Assembly: GCA_030041175.1 (NCBI GenBank)
Contig: JASHOK010000006.1
Location: 71,710 to 135,709 of the forward strand
DNA from: Thermoplasmata archaeon
GTDB taxonomy: Archaea; Thermoplasmatota; Thermoplasmata; Lutacidiplasmatales; UBA184
Reading direction: 5' to 3'
Length of the DNA: 64,000 bases
In this document: positions 1 to 7,684 of the stretch, piece after piece
Numbering within the stretch: the first letter of the stretch is position 1
Layout of the letters: each line of letters starts with the position of its first letter
Notes under the pieces: generated by a model
Database searches by the model: none
Told to the model about the DNA's origin: nothing
The model's input: only the letters and a program-made list of their open reading frames with translations
Program-made: the position numbers and the translations under genes

Positions 1-683
1 GATTCGCCGGACCCCACGCCAAGGAGTCCGACGGCCGCTCCGGCCACGGCGAACTGTATGGAGAGCGTCCAGAACGTAGTCGCCGCGCTCGAGGTCCGGC
101 GCAACAAGACCGAACCCGATGCGAACGCCATCACCGCCGCGAACACGAATAGCGGGCCGACGAGACCGCGACCGGCGGGGCTTGCGGCGCCCGGTAACGC
201 GAGTACGGCCACGCCGGCAAAGCCGATCAGCAGACCTGCAACGCCAGGGCCCCCGAACCGTTCGGACGGAAGCAACCGGTACCCGATCAGTGCGCTGGCC
301 AGAGGCGCCGAAGCGGTCAGGACGGCGGCAAACCCGCCGGACACCGACGATTCGCCGACGTAGAGGAGAGCGCCATAGCCGGCGATCATGAGCAGCCCGC
401 CGAAGGCCACCGCCGGTAGCAACTCCGCCCTCGTCGGCCGCGGAGCTTTGAGCAGAATCGCGATCGGTACGAGCGCGAGGGCGGTCAGGAGATACCGGAC
501 CGAGGCAAACAGCAGCGGGGGTGCGCCGGCGACAATTCCGGCACGGATCACCGGAAACGCTGACCCCCAGAAGACTCCCAGGAGAACCACGAGCAGGAGA
601 TCGGCCGTGCCCGGATCGATGGGGGCTGAGCTCCGACCGGTCGGCGCGGGTGGTGCGGCCGGCGCGGCGCTCGAGTCAGACAC
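1..683 (-). CDS. DMT/EamA-family membrane transporter (3' end cut by window edge)
   Basis: Not in the ORF track because it runs off the edge. My minus-strand translation from GTG at 683 reads VSDSS..IDPGTADLLLVVLLGVFWGSAFPVIRAGIVAG..LLFASVRYLLTALALVPIAILL..GLLMIAGYGALLYVGE. It shows successive hydrophobic helices and an EamA-like WGS.F..IR motif. The GTG overlaps the stop of the upstream gene (GTGTCTGA). The start choice is uncertain. Confidence 0.6.
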   Translation of the reverse strand, partial: MSDSSAAPAAPPAPTGRSSAPIDPGTADLLLVVLLGVFWGSAFPVIRAGIVAGAPPLLFASVRYLLTALALVPIAILLKAPRPTRAELLPAVAFGGLLMIAGYGALLYVGESSVSGGFAAVLTASAPLASALIGYRLLPSERFGGPGVAGLLIGFAGVAVLALPGAASPAGRGLVGPLFVFAAVMAFASGSVLLRRTSSAATTFWTLSIQFAVAGAAVGLLGVGSGE

Positions 684-1926
684 GCTTGCCTCGGTCCTTG
701 GAAGTGGGAGTGGGCGCAGAGGCCGCCGCACGTTCTGTCTCGAGTAGCCGACGCTTGGTTTCGGGACCTCCCTCGGCCGAGTACTGCCCGATCCCGCCCC
801 GGGATGGGACGACCCGGTGGCAGGGAATGACAACGACCGCGGGGTTGTGGGCGCAGGCATTCCCGACGGCGCGTGCCGCCGTAGGTTCTCCAAGGCGGCG
901 GGCGATGTCGGCATAGGTGCGGGTTTGACCGGGAGGGATTCGGCGGAGTTCCTCCAGGACTCTCCGCTCGAAGGGGGAGACGTCCAGGTCCACGGGAAGA
1001 TCTCGCAGATCGCCGGTCCCGGTCCGGATATGCTCAATGATTCGGTGGAGAAGTGGGTGGCTTCGGTCGTCGCTGCGCGCGGGCATGCGGCGAAGGAGGC
1101 GGACCGCCGCGATCCGATCTCCGCGCATGGCGAGCTCTACGTAGAGGTCCAGTTCGGTGGAGAACTCGGCGAAGTGCTCCGTCGCCGGGTGGCTCTGACT
1201 CGGACCCTCGGGCGGGTTCGGTAGGCTGATCTCGTGCACCGCCGACCGGATCACGGCGGATTCGGCCGCCCGAAGGTGCTCTTCGGCCGTGCTGCGGCCC
1301 AGGGACAATCGCCGAGCCACCTCCCGAACGTCGGCACGGCGTGGTACCTCGTAGTATCCAGCGCGGACCGCCTCGAGCAGCACTTCCGACTGGCGCGGAG
1401 TCAGGCGCGGGCCGCTCGGGATCTGTCGGTCAAGTTCCGTCCGGAGCTTGGTCGGAGAGAGCCGGCGCTTCGAGACCAGCGCCGCTCGAGCGGACCATGC
1501 GGCCGGGGGTGCAGCCCCGGCCTCGGAGGTCGATAGGAAACGGACGCGCAATCGCCCGTCCCGCATCTGGAGCGGAGGGAGGATGAAGCCGCCTCCGGCG
1601 GCGATCCGCTGGAGAACACTGGTCTCTGAGGCCGCCGGCGCGTATGCGAAGGTCAGCGGTACCTCGCCGGATGCGCTCAGCAGGACCGTTGACGGATCCC
1701 ACCGCGTGTCGTCCCGGATCTCGGCGACGGCGGCTACGGGACCGGAGCACCGAACAGCCCACCGAAAGCCCAGGGGTCGGATCGCCCACGACAGCGTGGG
1801 ATGCCGTCTCGCAAGGTCCGCCAGCGGAGACTGTGTGGAACAGTCCCATTCCACGACGAACGGGTCCAGCCTACCCGTTCCCACGCCGGGTGGAGCGTCA
1901 TCCTGGGCCGCAAGTGTCGCGCGCAC
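676..1926 (-). CDS. HTH_10 (Bat-type) regulator domain fused to methylated-DNA-protein-cysteine methyltransferase (MGMT/Ogt)
   Basis: The C-terminus carries SPFERRVLEELRRIPPGQTRTYADIARRLG..ARAVGNACAHNPAVVVIPCHRVV, which is the MGMT active site PCHRV plus its HTH. The middle carries LTPRQSEVLLEAVRAGYYEVPRRADVREVARRLSLGRSTAEEHLRAAESAV, a typical archaeal HTH_10 motif. Confidence 0.85.
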   Translation of the reverse strand: MRATLAAQDDAPPGVGTGRLDPFVVEWDCSTQSPLADLARRHPTLSWAIRPLGFRWAVRCSGPVAAVAEIRDDTRWDPSTVLLSASGEVPLTFAYAPAASETSVLQRIAAGGGFILPPLQMRDGRLRVRFLSTSEAGAAPPAAWSARAALVSKRRLSPTKLRTELDRQIPSGPRLTPRQSEVLLEAVRAGYYEVPRRADVREVARRLSLGRSTAEEHLRAAESAVIRSAVHEISLPNPPEGPSQSHPATEHFAEFSTELDLYVELAMRGDRIAAVRLLRRMPARSDDRSHPLLHRIIEHIRTGTGDLRDLPVDLDVSPFERRVLEELRRIPPGQTRTYADIARRLGEPTAARAVGNACAHNPAVVVIPCHRVVPSRGGIGQYSAEGGPETKRRLLETERAAASAPTPTSKDRGKRV

Positions 1927-2055
1927 GCGAACCCAAAGGCGCGTCCGTAGATGAGGCTGAACCCGTCATATGTCGGGTTCAGAGCACCCACCGTCTTCGG
2001 AGCCGCCGGGAGGGCATCGACTCATGCCGGGCGCACGACCCGCGGGAGCGGAAGA

Positions 2056-2157
2056 TGCTCCCGCCGGGATTTGAACCCGGGTTGGAGGGTGTCCTTGGCA
2101 GGGGGGTATCCCCACCTCGAAGGCCCTCTATCCTTGACCGGACTAGACTACGGGAGC
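2056..2157 (-). tRNA. tRNA-Glu (anticodon UUC) with a 27-nt intron at 37/38
   Basis: The minus strand reads GCTCCCG-TA-GTCT..GGAT-A-GAGGG-CCTTCG[intron]A-CCCTC-CAAC-CCGGG-TTCAAAT-CCCGG-CGGGAGC-A. The intron forms a canonical bulge-helix-bulge: a CCUU/AAGG helix flanked by 3-nt bulges CGA and ACA. The D-loop AGTCCGGTCAA is typical of archaeal tRNA-Glu. No CCA is encoded. The mature loop would be CCUUCGA, so position 33 is C, which is unusual. Confidence 0.8.
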
Positions 2158-2208
2158 TCGTCGGGCAGTGGAGCACCGGGGCTTATCCAACTTCGGGCGG
2201 TCGGCCGG

Positions 2209-3513
2209 CTAGCCCACGCGTTCCCATCGCTCGAGCTTCTGGACCTGCCCGAGCGTGCTTCCGCGCTGGATCTCCTCGCGGACCCGGTTCTCGTGCTCCA
2301 GAACGTCGAGCGCCCGATTGGCGATCTCCTGAGCTCGTTCCCGGGGTACGACCACCAGCCCCGAAGCGTCTCCCACGACCCAGTCACCGGGTCGTACCCG
2401 CTGGCCCCCGACCACGACCTCAACCCCGATCTCTCCGTGGCCTTTCGGCTCCCCGGCATTTGGGGAGATGGAACGGCTGAAGACCGGGAAGCCGAGGGCC
2501 ATGATCGCGTCGATGTCCCGAGCCGCACCGTCGATGACCACGCCCGACACCTTGCGCACATGCGCGCTCCAGGAGGCAAGCTCTCCCCAGATTGCGGTCG
2601 TCCCGCCGCCGGCATCGACCACGATCACGTCGCCGGGACCGGCGCGGTCAATCGCCTCGACCGGCTTGGCCCAGTCCCCGTCGCGCGTCACCACGGTCAC
2701 CGCCGGCCCGGCCATTCGGAAGTTGGGGTCCTGGTGGTGAGGGAGCAGTCCGTGCAGCGCACCCTTCCGTTGGAGGGCGTCGCTGATGTTCGGGGTTGAG
2801 ACCTTCAGAAAGGCCTGTCGGATATCGGCCTCGCTGACGCGACGGAAGAGGTCGGTCGCGACCTCGGACTGGGTCGTGATCGCCTGACGAATGCGGCGGG
2901 TGGCTTCGGCAACGTCCGGGCTCTTCGTGATCGCGCCGCCGACGATCAGGATCTGGGCACCGGCTCGAGTCGCCTGAGCGACCGTCTCCGAATTGAGACC
3001 CCCCGCCACCGCGACCGGGATCGGGGAGGCGTGGGCGAGGGCCTCCAGCGCCGCGAACGGGGTCTTGCCCGCCATCTGCATGTCGATCCCAATGTGCCAG
3101 CAGACGGCGGCCGCACCCAGCTCTGCGGCCCGTTTCGCGCGCGCCACAGGGTCCGCCACGTTCAGGAGGTCGACCATCACCTCCGCGCCGTACTTCTCGC
3201 CCCCGCGAACCGCGTCCGCAATCGTGTCGTCGTCCGCGGCGCCGAGCACCGTCACGAGGTCCGCGCCGGCCTTGGCGGCAATCTCGACCTCGAAAGCCCC
3301 GGTATCCATCACCTTGAGGTCGGCGACGATCCGCTGATTCGGGAACGCCCGTTTGAGCTCCCGAACGGCGTCGAGTCCCTCGCTCTTGATCAGGGGAGTC
3401 CCCGCCTCGACCCAGTCCGCTCCGCCCTCCACGGCCTCCTTGGCGGCCTGGAGGGCTCGAGACAGATTCTCGAAGTCGAGCGCGACCTGGAGAATCGGAT
3501 GGTCCAGCTTCAC
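2209..3513 (-). CDS. Bifunctional 3-hexulose-6-phosphate synthase (OMPdecase/HUMPS family) / RraA-like domain protein
   Basis: The N-terminal half reads LQVALDF..AGADWVEAGTPLIK..IVADLKVMD..GGLN..ILIVGGAITK, an HPS/KGPDC TIM-barrel pattern. The C-terminal half reads ISDALQRKGAL..AGPAVTV..GDVIVVDAGG..AIWGELAS..GVVIDGAARD, an RraA / demethylmenaquinone-MTase-like fold. Confidence 0.85.
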   Translation of the reverse strand: MKLDHPILQVALDFENLSRALQAAKEAVEGGADWVEAGTPLIKSEGLDAVRELKRAFPNQRIVADLKVMDTGAFEVEIAAKAGADLVTVLGAADDDTIADAVRGGEKYGAEVMVDLLNVADPVARAKRAAELGAAAVCWHIGIDMQMAGKTPFAALEALAHASPIPVAVAGGLNSETVAQATRAGAQILIVGGAITKSPDVAEATRRIRQAITTQSEVATDLFRRVSEADIRQAFLKVSTPNISDALQRKGALHGLLPHHQDPNFRMAGPAVTVVTRDGDWAKPVEAIDRAGPGDVIVVDAGGGTTAIWGELASWSAHVRKVSGVVIDGAARDIDAIMALGFPVFSRSISPNAGEPKGHGEIGVEVVVGGQRVRPGDWVVGDASGLVVVPRERAQEIANRALDVLEHENRVREEIQRGSTLGQVQKLERWERVG

Positions 3514-3565
3514 GACGCTTCGAGGCGTTGCGGACTATAAACGATGAGCCGCGTACCCCGGCCTC

Positions 3566-4369
3566 GTGGTTTCCCGAGGGTCGGTCCGAGTGGTCGCTGG
3601 CGATGCGCGCTCGATGGGGAGCGTGGCGTCGGGCTCGGTGGCCCTCGTGGTGACCTCGCCGCCCTATCCCATGATTCCGCAATGGGATCCCCTGTTCGCG
3701 AGCTGGGGGGCGACCGAATTCGAAGAGATGCACCGGGAGCTGGACCGCGTGTGGGCCGAGTGTGCACGAGCGCTGGTTCCCGGCGGTCTCCTGGCCGTCA
3801 ACATCGGGGATGCCCTGCGCAGCCAGGACGGCGAGTTTCAGCTCTGGCCGAACCACGCGCGGGTGATGCAGGCTGCAACCGGACTCGGGCTACGGGCACT
3901 GCCCTACGTCCTGTGGAAAAAGCCGACCAACAAGCCCAACGCCTTCCTCGGTTCCGGCTTTCTGCCCCCCAACGCCTACGTGACGCTGGACTGCGAGTTC
4001 ATTCTGCTGTTCCGGAAAGGGGGACTGCGCCGGTTCCCCTCCGGCTCGGCGGTCCGACGACAGAGCCAGTATCGCAAGGATGAGCGAGATCGCTGGTTCT
4101 CCCAGGTGTGGGAGGGGGTTCGTGGCCGCGCCCAGTCGGCGCACGACGGACGCACGGCCGCCTTCCCCGCGGAGATTCCGTGGAGGCTCATCCGGATGTT
4201 CTCGGTCATCGGCGACACCGTTCTCGACCCGTTCGCGGGCACTGGTACGACGCTCTGGGAAGCGGCCCGCCTGGGTCGGAATGCCATCGGGGTCGAGCTG
4301 GACCCGACCCGGGTCCGAGAGCTTCGCCGGACCAGTGTGCGACTCGCCGGACGCGGTAGCCCATCCTAG
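3566..4369 (+). CDS. Site-specific DNA methyltransferase, beta-class N4-C/N6-A (orphan; no nuclease seen)
   Basis: Catalytic motif IV reads VALVVTSPPYP near the N-terminus. AdoMet motif I reads TVLDPFAGTGTTLWEAARLGRNAIGVELD near the C-terminus. This motif order is typical of the N4/N6 (D12/ParB-less) MTase family. GTG start. Confidence 0.85.
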   Translation: MVSRGSVRVVAGDARSMGSVASGSVALVVTSPPYPMIPQWDPLFASWGATEFEEMHRELDRVWAECARALVPGGLLAVNIGDALRSQDGEFQLWPNHARVMQAATGLGLRALPYVLWKKPTNKPNAFLGSGFLPPNAYVTLDCEFILLFRKGGLRRFPSGSAVRRQSQYRKDERDRWFSQVWEGVRGRAQSAHDGRTAAFPAEIPWRLIRMFSVIGDTVLDPFAGTGTTLWEAARLGRNAIGVELDPTRVRELRRTSVRLAGRGSPS

Positions 4370-4881
4370 AGCTGACGGTGCTGGACCTCTTCCTCGACGG
4401 CACGCAGGAGGTACTTGAGCGACGCGTCCGACAACCGGTCCATGTGCAAGAGGAGATAGTGCAGGTAGATCCGCTCGGGACGGCGGGAAGGGCCGGGCGT
4501 ATGGGGCCGCGTCCCCGGCGTCGGCGGTTCTGGACTGGCGGTCATTTCGTCGAGCGTCGGCTGATGATGCTCGTGGCCGGCCCCGTGGAAGCTTCGGCCG
4601 GTCTCCCCCACCAGGGGTGGATGGATGCGAGCCACCGGGTCCTCCGCGGTCTCGGAGTCTTCCTCCGTCTCCGACATCGTCGCGGCGGACGCGGACAGCC
4701 GCGGAGTTCCCGGACCGGGAGGCGGTGGCACCGCCTTCAGAAAAGGGTGGGCCGGCCGGCTCGGGTCCTGCATCTCCTCGATGGAGCGTCCGGTGACGTC
4801 CTCCACGATATGCCGCAGGTTCCAGGAGTCACGTCGACGGCGTGCCGGTCCCTCCTGGGTCGCGGGAGCGATCTCCGCCAT
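4366..4881 (-). CDS. Hypothetical acidic/Pro-rich protein with C-terminal helix, last gene of the T4SS-like operon
   Basis: 171-aa ORF with high GC3 in the C-terminal helix ERIYLHYLLLHMDRLSDASLKYLLRAVEEEV. It overlaps the tail of the upstream ATPase gene by 53 nt and the stop codon of the convergent MTase by 4 nt. No recognisable domain. Confidence 0.45.
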   Translation of the reverse strand: MAEIAPATQEGPARRRRDSWNLRHIVEDVTGRSIEEMQDPSRPAHPFLKAVPPPPGPGTPRLSASAATMSETEEDSETAEDPVARIHPPLVGETGRSFHGAGHEHHQPTLDEMTASPEPPTPGTRPHTPGPSRRPERIYLHYLLLHMDRLSDASLKYLLRAVEEEVQHRQL

Positions 4882-6592
4882 CGTGAGGAGCCTCCCGAAC
4901 CGGCGGACTTAAACGTGCCGTTCGAGCCGAACTCGAGCCGGGTTCTCGAGTATCGAGGGATCCCTCCGGTAGCCCTTCCAGCCACTCGTACTCGGGGGTC
5001 GTGGCCACGATGGCAAGGGGCAGGTGCTGGGGCCCGAAGCGTAGGAGGCCCTCCGAATAGCCCGCCTCCGCCGGAAGTCGGGCCCGAGGCAGCCACTCGG
5101 CTTCTGCTTCGGTGAGCCGAAAGAAGTCCCGGGTCTCCGGGGAGACCTCGTTCAGGCGGAGCAGGAAGGTGGCGCGCAGGTTGCGCAGCAGGGACCGGCC
5201 CGGTGCGGTGACGAGGAAGTCGTCGGGGCTTTGGCTGAGTACGACCAGTCCCGCGTGGTAGTGACGGACGTGACGAACCAGCTGATCCAGAAACTCCAGG
5301 GTCGCAGGGTGCCGGGCGAGGTAGTGCGCCTCGTCGACCACCACGAGCTTGGGTCGATCGTCGGCCCGGAGCCGCGCCGTGAGCGCATCCAGCGCATAGG
5401 TCAGGTGGAACGGCAGTTGCTCAACCGGCACGTTGTGGAAATCTAGGTCCAACGGGGTTCCCTCGAGCGACACGGTCGTCGGGCCATCGAGATACCGCAG
5501 GGAGCCGGCCGCGAATACGGCGAGAAGGTCCCTCAGACGATCGGCGCCGGCCCGGCCGGCGAGATCCGCCAGGAGGTCCGACCACTGGGGGACCCGCGTT
5601 CCCTCCCGATACAGCCGGCTGACCGCGGTGTCCAGGAAGGAGCTCTCCGCATCGGAGAGGCTCGGGAACAATGCTCGCAGCATGGTGCCCACGCGGGCGG
5701 CCTTTCCCTCCCGGTCGCCCGCCGTCGACGCGGGATCGAGCGGATTCAGGCGACCCGGGCCCTGGGGCCCGAGCTCCACGACCTCCCCGCCGAGCTGCCG
5801 GGTCAGCCGGGCCAGCTCGCCCAAGGGGTCGAGGAAGAAGAGCTGCGTGTCGGGCTCGCACCAGCGGGACCGGAGAGCCCATAGCGCCGCTGCAAACGAC
5901 TTGCCGGAGCCGGTGCCGCCGAAGATCCCCCAGGAGTGACTGCTGTGAGACCACCGGTCGAGGAAGATCGGGTTGGCATCCGCGAGGAGGAGCCCGACGA
6001 GGATTCCGTGTGGTTCGTGGACGCCCTCGTCCACGAATGGAAACAGGGCGGTGACGGCATCCGTGGCCAGCGTGTGCCAGTACCCCGCCGGCCGAGGTCC
6101 CCGGTCCGGCAGTGTCAGATCCCGAGGTAGCAAGCCGACCTCGAACGTTGGGACGCGGCATCGGAAGCCGAGTCCGTTCAGCCGATGGACCAGTTTCTTG
6201 CGGGCCTGCTCAGCCGGCTCTCGCTGCTTTCCAAAGGCGTGAAAGCTCAGACCGAGATTCCAGAGGTCCTGGTCCCGGGCCGCCACCCGGGCGGCTAGGT
6301 CGCGGGCCGTCTCAGCGTCACGGGCGAGTTCGGAAGGACGGGCCCCTGCGCGGTTCACCCTCGTTTCCAGGTCGGCCTCCGCAGTCGCGGCGGCTCTTTC
6401 GGCGAGGCTGAGCGCTTCCGATCGCGGCAGCCGGTCGAGCGTCAATCGGAGCCCTGCCGCCTCTGATGTCGGCAGCACAGTACCGAGGAATCCGAAGGGT
6501 ACTGTGGGGGGCAGTTCGGTCACCAAGAGGGGTGCATCCACCCGGTTTCGAGCGGACGACCAGCTACGTCCCTCTCCGAGCCTCGCCGGCAT
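4829..6592 (-). CDS. VirB4/TrbE/CedB-like secretion ATPase (HerA-FtsK superfamily)
   Basis: Walker A reads WGIFGGTGSGKSF and Walker B reads KLVVVDEAHYL. The layout (N-terminal non-ATPase domain followed by the P-loop domain, ..FFLDPLGE.., ..LVVLSQSPDDF..) matches conjugative VirB4-type ATPases. It sits immediately downstream of the small membrane-protein genes. Confidence 0.8.
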   Translation of the reverse strand: MPARLGEGRSWSSARNRVDAPLLVTELPPTVPFGFLGTVLPTSEAAGLRLTLDRLPRSEALSLAERAAATAEADLETRVNRAGARPSELARDAETARDLAARVAARDQDLWNLGLSFHAFGKQREPAEQARKKLVHRLNGLGFRCRVPTFEVGLLPRDLTLPDRGPRPAGYWHTLATDAVTALFPFVDEGVHEPHGILVGLLLADANPIFLDRWSHSSHSWGIFGGTGSGKSFAAALWALRSRWCEPDTQLFFLDPLGELARLTRQLGGEVVELGPQGPGRLNPLDPASTAGDREGKAARVGTMLRALFPSLSDAESSFLDTAVSRLYREGTRVPQWSDLLADLAGRAGADRLRDLLAVFAAGSLRYLDGPTTVSLEGTPLDLDFHNVPVEQLPFHLTYALDALTARLRADDRPKLVVVDEAHYLARHPATLEFLDQLVRHVRHYHAGLVVLSQSPDDFLVTAPGRSLLRNLRATFLLRLNEVSPETRDFFRLTEAEAEWLPRARLPAEAGYSEGLLRFGPQHLPLAIVATTPEYEWLEGLPEGSLDTREPGSSSARTARLSPPVREAPHDGGDRSRDPGGTGTPST

Positions 6593-6593
6593 G

Positions 6594-6959
6594 TCAGGGG
6601 AGTACTCCTGCCAGGCGCGACGCTGGCCAAAGACTGGCTGCGACCACCATCAGGGCCCAGACGGTACCTGACGGCGCGAAGACGCCAACCGCAGCGATGC
6701 CCGACCACCCGGCCACGCCGGTCGCCCCTAGCGGTGCGAGGCGCCGGAGGCAGTATCCTGTCTTATGTCGGTTCCGAACCGTGTTCACGGTTCGAATCCA
6801 GACGATCCAAGATACAAGGACCGAGAGACAGAGTACGGCGGGCTGAAGCGCCGGCCACGCGACGGCCCCCGCCGCAGCGAGCACCGTACCCGCGACCGCG
6901 AGCGGCAAGGGATCGAGCTCGCGGGCCGACGCGATGCGGCTTCCGCCCGTCACGGACAT
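6594..6959 (-). CDS. Small integral membrane protein (3-4 predicted helices)
   Basis: 121 aa, with hydrophobic segments LAVAGTVLAAAGAVAWPAL, VLCLSVLVSWIVWI, GWSGIAAVGVFA and WALMVVAASLW. Its stop lies directly adjacent to the ATPase start (6594 vs 6592). Confidence 0.6.
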   Translation of the reverse strand: MSVTGGSRIASARELDPLPLAVAGTVLAAAGAVAWPALQPAVLCLSVLVSWIVWIRTVNTVRNRHKTGYCLRRLAPLGATGVAGWSGIAAVGVFAPSGTVWALMVVAASLWPASRLAGVLP

Positions 6960-6976
6960 GCAGCGCCTCCGGTCCG

Positions 6977-7684
6977 TCAGGGCAGCCAGTCTCGTTGCAC
7001 GGGCTCCGCCGGCACGCCGAGCCGCTGGAGGGCCTCGAGAAGGCCGAGCGTCGCGGACTCACTGTCCCCGCCGTCCCCGCCTATTCTCAAGTCTACCCTC
7101 CGCCGGAGGCGAGAGCCCACTAGCAACCGTACGAGCTCGCAGTACGAACGCAGGGCTGCATGGTCAGGGTCGCTCGTTCGGCCGGGCGCCGGCAGGTAGG
7201 GGACCGGCGAGAATCGCTCGGTCGTTACCTCGATCGCCACCGGAGCGTCGAGGGCCACCAGCGCCGCCCGCCAGCCTTCGAAGAGCCGTTGCAGTTCCTC
7301 CGGGGGCAGATACGCGACCGGGACGCCCCGCGCCCGGATGCCTCCGCCGGAGCGCCGGGTCAGCCCGCGGCGCGGGGATTTCCGTCCCGGGTCTCCACCC
7401 AGCATCGTGCGGAGCCCGTACCGGCAGTAGCCGAGGGCATACTCGTCCAAGGGCTGTCCTTCCACTCGAACGAAGGCCAAGAGGGCTCCGGCGCCCAGGA
7501 ACGGAAGCCAGACCACGGCCGAACTGGCCGAGGCCACAATGGCACCGACAATGGCGGCGCAGAGGAAGGTGGCAAGATTCCGCCCCGAGTCGAAGGGCCC
7601 CAGGTGGAGCCGTCGTTCCGCGAGCGGAAAGAACGGGATGTCCGCCAGAGGAGGCTCCCGGTCGACCACGGCGGTTCCCCTCAC
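6977..7684 (-). CDS. Membrane-hairpin protein, possibly VirB3/PrgI-like, with a soluble C-terminal domain
   Basis: 235 aa. The N-terminus reads FFPLAERRLHLGPFDSGRNLATFLCAAIVGAIVASASSAVVWLPFLGAGALLAFVRVEGQPLDEYALGY, two adjacent hydrophobic helices as in PrgI/VirB3-type proteins. There is a 4-nt overlap with the upstream gene. The family assignment is an inference. Confidence 0.55.
   Translation of the reverse strand: MRGTAVVDREPPLADIPFFPLAERRLHLGPFDSGRNLATFLCAAIVGAIVASASSAVVWLPFLGAGALLAFVRVEGQPLDEYALGYCRYGLRTMLGGDPGRKSPRRGLTRRSGGGIRARGVPVAYLPPEELQRLFEGWRAALVALDAPVAIEVTTERFSPVPYLPAPGRTSDPDHAALRSYCELVRLLVGSRLRRRVDLRIGGDGGDSESATLGLLEALQRLGVPAEPVQRDWLP

Noticed and set aside
2648-3856. 402-aa minus-strand ORF overlapping the HPS-RraA gene in another frame
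   Set aside because: Its composition is extremely Arg/Gly/Pro-rich with no motifs. It overlaps a gene with clear domain signatures, which is a typical alternate-frame artefact of GC-rich DNA.
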